Part shown: piece after piece, positions 55,990 through 64,000 of the stretch
Numbering within the stretch: position 1 is the first letter of the stretch
Layout: every line of letters starts with the position of its first letter
Origin: the human T2T-CHM13v2.0 reference genome, Homo sapiens
Direction: 5' to 3' (one strand)
Length of the DNA stretch: 64,000 nucleotides
Assembly (NCBI RefSeq): GCF_009914755.1
Contig: NC_060932.1
The notes under the pieces: generated by a model
Databases searched by the model: none
Told to the model about the DNA's origin: nothing
Seen by the model: the letters and a program-made list of their open reading frames with translations, nothing else
Made by a program: the position numbers and the translations under genes

Positions 55990-58900
55990 CAAAGTAAATA
56001 TCTTTTAAATAAGAATGTCCAAATCCCGGGAATGTGACATGTTAAAAGGGAGCAAACTTTAAGAAACAAATCATGTTTTTAAAAAAAGAAATCTTTAATA
56101 TATTGGAATTTTTGGCATTAACAAGCTCTTGGGAAAGGAATTTTGGAAATTACAGGCCTCCTGGATGCTCCTTAAGTTATCCCAAGTAAGCAGTGACCTA
56201 CCTTGTGACCACTGAAATACTGCTTCCTGCCATGAGACCTAAGACTTAAGAACCTTAAACATAGATTAATTACTAATGGCTATAATCAAGGCAGATGTTT
56301 TTGACTAAATATACTTTGTTAATTAGCCAAATGTTTCTCCCTAACTCTGGACATTTTGTGGCATAGACACACACACAGACACACGCGTGCACCCTCTAAT
56401 ACATTTAGATACTATACTGATACATTCAAGCGTATTAACATAATGTGTTTATATACAGTACTTGCAATAATGTTAAAAATACTAAACTTTAAATTTCTGT
56501 CATCTCCAGAAGTCAAAGAATTAGTATGAAAAACTCAGTTTTTACATACTCTTCAAAGAGAGGTTTTCATTTAACTTAATTAGGGTTTCTTGACATTAGA
56601 GTTGACCATTGGAATTTCAGTTGTAAACCAAAACCAAGTTCTTATGCAGCCTTATTTGCGTTTTATATGCTGATATTTGCCAGCAAATTAATCAGAGACT
56701 ATGTCATATCATTTTTGTATCCGCATATTTGTCATAATAGGTGTTCAGTAAATCTTTGTTGAATAAATGATTACTACTTTACTAGCCTAAAATCATAGAT
56801 GGTAATCTGAGTTTAAGTGAAATAAAGTTTATTTGTAGTAAATTAGGATAATAGTAATTTCAGCTACCACATTTTAGGAAAGGAATGGTATTTAATGTAG
56901 AGAAGTTTTTACATAAAAGGAGAACTTTAGACAGAAGCCAGATTTTTTTGTTGCTGTTTTTTTTCCTGCAAAGAACATGCAAGAAACGGCACTTTAAAAC
57001 CCAGACATTTATCCAATTACTGCCAACTGGTGTGATGAAGTATGAGTTATAGTAGTAACAGGTATTCAGTTAATTTGTGGCACCTGGCTCAGGAAGCACA
57101 ACAGTAGGAAGAAAAAGGAAGTAAGCCTTTCAAGATACCATGTTTAGGAGCTTGACCAGTCCTACTGGGTTTGTTTCTAATCTACCAGGAATGCTATTGT
57201 CTTCAAACTCTTGAACAGTACAAGCCTTATCACCACTTTCTTGCCAAAGATGTTATGAATAGTTTCACTCCTGGAACTATCCCTGTCTACTTTCTATCCT
57301 TCAATGTATTTTCTGTCCCTGTGCCACAGTCCTAATTCTCCATTGTATTAGCTGTTAGGCCTCCACAGAATCACCCCAGTCTTTCATTCCTTGGTAAATT
57401 ATTTCCAGACTACCTTCTCAGCTCTAATGTGATGAAATATTTGTTTTGGCATGACTTTACATTCTTAAGACTCAGAATTTGTCTTTGTCTCATCTTTGCT
57501 ATTTATTATCTTTAAGCCAAACCACTTACCTCTATTCATTCAAACCTATAAATGAAAACTTTGGCCCTATAGCATATAAACTTCATTTGATTTAATCACA
57601 TCTTCCAATAATCCCTATATGCTATTTATGTATTTGGGGAATACTTGTGTTTCACTTGCTTTGTAGTTACTTGTTTTTCTCCTAATGATTGACAATACTA
57701 GATTTGCCTTTTTCTTTAACCATTCAGGATACAACTTTTCAACAACTATAATTTTGCCATAAATCAATCTCTGTATTGGCAGTTTTATATATTTAACTTC
57801 GATAATACTAAATATATACAGTTTTTATTGTTTTTCTAAAGCCAAAAATTAGAAATATGCACAAAACAATATTTAGAAATGTAAAAACAGTGTCCTTTTC
57901 TAGAACCGAACACCCTATATCAACACTCAATCTATTGTGTAGTAATCTGTTAGGATTAGCTAGAAATCCATACTGTACCTTTAACCCATGACAAGAACTA
58001 ATGTGGGTTGAGTAATTTGATTTACATAAAAGAAGAAGCGATGTTGGACCTTGATTGCTCTTTTCGTTTGTCTGTTTTAATTTTTTTTAGTTACCGACAC
58101 TTTTTATGTTTATTCTGGAAAAAACAAAATAGAAAAAGATAAACTTTTTTTAAAACATAGCTATCAACCAGAAAAAATTAAAATGACTTTTAGCAGACTG
58201 GTCACAGTATATCCTTTCATATTTTTGGCTACATACATTTATATTTTTCCCCTAAAAATAAAATTTTTCTGAACACATAATTTTATTTTTCTTCATATCT
58301 CTTCATTCTTCTTTTGTGCAGATGACTGGCGCATCATCTCATGAATCTAGGCTTCTCAAATTACTTAGTTTAGCACAAAATATTGCTTCTTTTTTTTATA
58401 AAACTATTTTTGGATTTCTGTGACTGGAAAAACTCTGGGATTTGAATTTACCTGTGTCCCCTAGTAGTAGGGTAATTCCATATTTGATACATATGTCGTC
58501 CAAAGCTAAGTTACAGATATCTGCTTCTCCCTCCCCATCCCCCACCATCAAGAATATCTTTTTATGTCCATAAACATTTATGTATAACAGCATTTTCAAC
58601 AGTACATTGTCTTTTATTGATGAACATAATTTATTTAAACATCCACTGTTGTTGGACATTTGTGGGTTTTTCCCCTTGTCTTATTTTGTTTTGTTTTTGC
58701 TATTATAATCAATTGTGCAATAAATATCATTATAGCTAAATCTGTACACATTGCTAAGTTTTCCTTTATGATAAATTGTAAAGTTGAAATGCTAGGTTAA
58801 AGGGTAGGCTTGTTTTTTTTTAAAGCTTTTGACATATATTGCCAAGTTGCTCTTTAGAAATCTATCACTGAGATCCCACTAGAAGTGTTGAAATATACTG

Positions 58901-59103
58901 TATTTCCAAACCCTTATAAAATTTCTCTTTTAAAAAAATTACTAATGTAATACGTCTTTTCCTAGCCACATTGAGCATTTTAAAATATTGCCCATAATTA
59001 CAAATTCTTTACTCCAAAGTATTTCATAAATCAAGACTCCCAAAACTTTAAACACTTTTTCAAAAATCAAGAGTCCCAAACTTTAAAAATTTTGGTAGCT
59101 TGT

Positions 59104-59233
59104 GGCTGGGCGTGGTGGCTCACACCTGTAATCCCAGCTCTTTGGGAGACCAAGGCAGGAGCATCACCTGAGGTCAGGAGTTCAAGACCAGCCTGACCAA
59201 CATGGAGAAACCCCGTCTCTACTAAAAATACAA

Positions 59234-59272
<39 letters not shown>

Positions 59273-59435
59273 ATTCGCCGGACATGGTGGTGCATGCCTG
59301 CAATCCCAGCTACTTGTGAGGCTGCGACAGGAGAATCACTTGAACCCGGGAGGAGAGATTGCGGTGAGCTAGATCGCGCCATTGCACTCCAGCCTGGGCA
59401 ACAAGAGCGAAACTCCATCTCAAAAAAAAAGAAAA
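59104..59435 (+). mobile_element. AluSp with an (AATA)n microsatellite in the central linker
   Basis: AluSp diagnostics; about ten AATA units at 59232-59273; TGGTAGCTT duplicated at the flanks. Confidence 0.95.
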
Positions 59436-59642
59436 ATGGTAGCTTATTTGCTTACAACATTTTTTGCTTATCGTTTTAGATGATATCCAGTGAAGAAAGA
59501 AAAGGAACCCTCGCTGCAATCTTTCTCTCATCAAAACACACCACTCTAGTGCTACTATTCATAAACTCATCCCTGGTGATCTCTAAGTTTCAAGGAAATA
59601 AAAAGAGCATCCATCTTATAAAACTTTTAATAACCCCTTTTG

Positions 59643-59962
59643 GGCCAGGCTCGGTGGCTCAAGCCTGTAATCCCAGGACTTTGAGAGGATCAGGAGAGAG
59701 GATCACTTGCGTCCAGGAGTTGAGACCAGCCCGGGCAACACAGTGAGAACCTGTCTCCTCTCCCAAAAAAAAAAAAAAAAAAAAAAAAAAGCCAGGTGTG
59801 CTGGCATGCACTGTAGTCCTAGCACTTAGGAAGCTAAAGCAGGAAAATCAAAATCACTTGAGCCCAGGGGTTCGAGGTTACGATGAGCTATGATTGCACC
59901 ACTGCACCCTAGCCTGGGTGACAGAGCAAAACACCATCTCTAAAAAACAAATGAATAAAAAG
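59643..59962 (+). mobile_element. AluJ with long central poly-A
   Basis: Diverged dimer with an A run at 59765-59790. Confidence 0.92.
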
Positions 59963-60262
59963 AAATAACTCCTTTTGTAAATAATGCTTTATTAAAGTTG
60001 TTAGGTTGAAGAGAAGTGCACTTGTTTCAAACAAAGTTCTCATTAAAATATTGTTTATCTGCAAAATGATGTATCAGTTCCAGTTAGTATTTTATTGTAG
60101 TGTCTTATTTGATTTTGGTCAAGTTCTTTATGGCCTTGATATTCAAACATAAAAATTCAAATGCAAAAATCACAAGATACAATTTTGTGAGTGTATCTTT
60201 GACATCCTTGGTAATTAGTAGATTAGGTGGTTCTTTAGAAGAGTATATGTTTTGAATAAAAA

Positions 60263-60555
60263 TTTCTTTTTCTTTTTTCTGAGACGGGATCTAACTCTGT
60301 CATCAAAGCTGGAGTGCAGTGGCACCATCTCGGCTCACTGCAATCTCAACATCTCGGGCTCAGGTGATCCTCCTGTGCCTCCGAAGTAGCTGGGACTACA
60401 GGCATGTGCCACCATGCCTGGCTAATTTTTTACTTTTTTGTAAAGATGGGGTCTCACATGTTGCCAGGCTGGTATCAAACTCCTGGGCTTAAGCAGTCGT
60501 CATGCCTCAGCCTCCCTAAGTGCTAGGATTACAGACGTGAGCCACTGTGCACACC
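60263..60555 (-). mobile_element. AluJ
   Basis: Antisense diverged dimer. Confidence 0.92.
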
Positions 60556-62167
60556 CAAAAATTGCTATATAACAGAAACACTAGGTTATTCTGAGTATGG
60601 AACATAGGTTATATAAAAAGCCTTAGTTTCTGTTAAACTTTGGCTCTTTTAAACGATAACAAGCCTTTTCTTTTTACTTTCTATCAAAATAAAACAAACT
60701 TGAAAATTATCATTTCAGGATATTGCAGAAACATATTCTCATCTCTTTTCTCTTCTCTTCTCTTCTTTTCTCTTCTCTCCCCACCCACCTGCGCCTTCTC
60801 TCTCTCTCCCTCGCACACACACACACTAACTCTCTTTGTCCTGTTTCTGACTATGTATGCCACATTTTTTTCTTAAAACAAATGTGAGGGATATAATAGT
60901 ATACTTCACTATATATTTTTTAAATTTCACACTGGGTCTTTTACCGCCTAAATACTTGGAGAAGATATTACATAGGTTAATAAAAGTAATATGTGGTTCT
61001 AGCCTTTAACCAGATTTTACTCTAGGATAGAAAACACTTTTTTTTTTCTGGAAGACAAAGATATTGAATTAGACATAAGAGTTCACCTCAATAAGTTAGT
61101 TTTCTAATTCTCATCCTTTAAATAATGTTTAAAGATATTTCTGTTGCTTGATTTTTATTCTTTTTTATTACTTTATGTATTAAACATTCATTATCAGAAC
61201 CAAAGTAAAACTTTCTAATACTGAGTCAAAAATTGATGTGTAAATAAGTATTTTCATTCCTGCAAAACAGACTGCTTCCCTCATAGTCCTCCTAGGTTTA
61301 TGGGGGCTAGCTGGATAGCCTGCTTCCAGATTCTTCGCTTTCTAATCTACCTCTACCATACCCCAGAAATCGTGGAAAAATCCAAAGTCATTTCTTTAAT
61401 TAATCCCAGTTGCAGTATTAGTCTTGCAGTAGATTATCAATCAGCTCACATGCCTCAGTGATTCATCGATTGCTTTCTGGCACACTGTCTGGAAAACTGA
61501 TAATGATTTTTCTTTCTTTCAAAAGAGTGCAAGAAGAAAATCTTTCTTTTCTTTATTTTTGTAATATAGATTTATATCAGTAATGATTAAGTAAAGTAAA
61601 TAAAGTTATTTTTTAATTCAAAGCTAATGAAAATAGCAAGCCTTTTTAGAAAATTTAACCATTATTAGATAAACCTTATTATGAGAAAACTTACAGGGCC
61701 ACTCTTGAAATGGATATTATATTATCAGCCTTTTTTTTTTTTTTTTTTTGGTAAAATTTTCCCACTTGTCTAATTACCTTTTGAAGGCAACAGTAAAATA
61801 GAGAAGAATGTTTTTGTAAGCTTCTCCCTTATGTCGTATGGCTACCTTTAGGTGCTGCAGGACAGCATAGTGTCTTAAATGAACCCACTGATTTTTCATG
61901 AATTTTTTTCCTGTGATCATGCAAATTTGCACCTTGTCTTTGACAGCAGAAATAAAATCATAAATCTGATTTTGCATATTTGCTCTAAGGTTGGCCCAGA
62001 GTAACAAAGCACAATCAAGACCATGGTATTTGAAATTTTTTAACTCCTAAAAATATATTCCATAGATGATATAATTTAATTATACTCCAAATGTTTTATC
62101 TAAAATGCATTTTCTGTCTTTTCCTTTTTACTCTTGTCCTCACTTTTAATGATCCATCGGCTGACAG

Positions 62168-62409
62168 TGTCTTTACATCCAAAATGCAAAGCAGACAAAT
62201 GGGCATATCAGGGAAGAACATGACAAAAAGCACCAGCATCAGTGGAGACATGTGCTCACTGGAGAAGAATGATGGCAGCCAGTCTGACACTGCAGTGGGC
62301 ACCTTGGGCACCAGTGGCAAAAAGCGGCGCTCTAGCCTTGGTGCCAAAATGGTAGCTATCGTTGGTCTGTCACGGAAAAGTCGCAGTGCTTCTCAGCTCA
62401 GCCAAACGG
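62168..62409 (+). CDS. RIMS2: RIMS2 internal coding exon (242 nt, phase 2 to phase 1)
   Basis: Acceptor ctgacag|TGTC and donor CGG|gtagga. Translates (S)VFTSKMQSRQMGISGKNMTKSTSISGDMCSLEKNDGSQSDTAVGTLGTSGKKRRSSLGAKMVAIVGLSRKSRSASQLSQT, recognised as RIM2. Contains an RRSS PKA-type motif. Confidence 0.97.
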
Positions 62410-64000
62410 GTAGGAATTTCAATGTTACTTTTAACTTGATATTTGAGTTGTCATTACAAGATATATTTCTTTTCTCTTACTCATTTTATTGCAGTAATGT
62501 GTGGATGATGACATGTTCCAGAGGGAAAGGGCATTTTAAACTAGTTAACCTTTCTGAAATCAACAATGATGTTTTTTCCAGTGATCAATGAGCCTGCTTC
62601 CAAGTGAACCTTGGCCAGTGTTCTTAAAATGTAGATAATGTCTTTCCTCCTCAGGGAGGAGTTACGCTGTGACACCCAATTGCCAGCTGCTGATCCTTTG
62701 TAAAGATAATCTGAAATGGGGGATATTTGCTTTTCTTTAGGTTCCTCAAGTTGGAACCAGCTAAATTAATTTCCATTCCCAGCAAGATGCTGTGAAGATG
62801 ACTTCTCATATTTTGTGTGAATAATACAGTTCTTGTTTTGCTGACAACCCAACTTCCTTTTCAGTTTGTAAGCAACATTTACCAGTAGTTATCAATTTTC
62901 TCACTGCAATTTTTATTTCCCTGTTAAAACTTCAAACAGCAATATTCTCCAGCAGCAGGGATGGAGGAATTTTCTGCTGACAGTGAAGATATTCAAAGCT
63001 TTGCTACTTTAAAATTCAGTTGCTAAATCACATCTGCAAAAATAAATTATATACAACACTCCTACTCAGAAAAGCCACTGTTAGCAATTAAGAAATTTGT
63101 GAATCAAAGCAATGTCTTTTTTCAAATGGGTGTAGATAATTAAACATTAAATCCTTGGTATCTTGGAAATAATAGCATATCTTCTACTTGACAAACAAAT
63201 GCATGTAATATGGTGTTTCTTTTATAGCAAAATAAATTATAGGCAGCTGGATTAAATCTAATTTGTGTTTGACTACTAGGACTCTTGTACATAGAAGTCA
63301 GATATAAATCTACAGCACAAAAGAATTTAAGGTTACATTAATTCCTGGACCCGGCTAATCTTGATTTTTGCAAACCGTACTTGTGATTCTGGGAATTTAG
63401 TCTTATTTAACAATATTATATTGAAATAATTATTTGGTGGTATTTTTTATATTCTGGTTGTAACTAAAGATATTTAAAGTGATTTTTGTCATAGGATTTT
63501 TAATTTGGTGTTGTAAAATACTATTTTGCATTTTAATATATAAATAGAAGTTTAATTTATGGACAGTGGACATACAGATCATATTTTAATGATTTTTAAA
63601 ATTGTTAGTATTTATACCTAATTAACTATGTTGTGCTAATATGATACATGTTGGCCTTTTGAAATTGAGGTTTTTTTATACTTCTCTAATAGAACTTCAT
63701 TGCATGTTTTTCTTTAAAACTTACAAACATCTGTCAATCTAAAACTTCTCTAAAAAATAAAGTCTACTAATTTTTTTTAAATTAGGAACCTAAAATGGAC
63801 GTTAGTAAGACTACAAGTTAGAAAATATATGAAACTAAATAATTAATTCCATTCACTCAGGGTTCTTATTTATAAGTATTGAACGCTTACCGTGTGCCAG
63901 ACACATGAAGAAAAAAGATGAATAGGAAATCATTTATAACCCAAGTTGCTTACAGTCTAATAGAGGACAGATACTTAAACAGATTGCTTCAAGGTCATAC

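Noticed and set aside
62091-62591. 166-aa single-exon gene, and the antisense ORF 62096-62347
   Set aside because: Only 62168-62409 is RIM2 sequence bounded by splice sites. The hydrophobic N-terminus is the translated pyrimidine tract, and the antisense ORF is a shadow.

Overview
AT-rich primate genomic DNA, most likely human, lying inside the RIMS2 (RIM2 presynaptic active-zone protein) gene on the + strand. Two coding exons are recognisable by translation: 7032-7204 (YRSGWDPHRG...GNKKIS) and 62168-62409 (VFTSKMQSRQ...SQLSQT). They join in frame across a ~55 kb intron. A clean, frame-preserving 252-nt Glu/Lys-rich cassette exon lies at 8039-8290. The rest is intron filled with Alu, L1, L2, MIR, MaLR LTR and DNA-transposon relics (Hsmar2, MADE1, Tigger4-like, MER5A, MER63). 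I see no evidence for a new multi-gene system, and most ORFs in the supplied track are repeat-derived or chance. The best leads are in RNA processing and chromatin: the 252-nt cassette, a possible circRNA with an endless reading frame, a candidate 54-nt phase-1 exon, a palindromic CTCF site, a 72-nt hairpin, an RBFOX-motif cluster created inside an Alu, and an Alu-associated deletion in Hsmar2. Repeat names and subfamilies were called by eye from remembered consensus sequences, and boundaries of old repeats are approximate.
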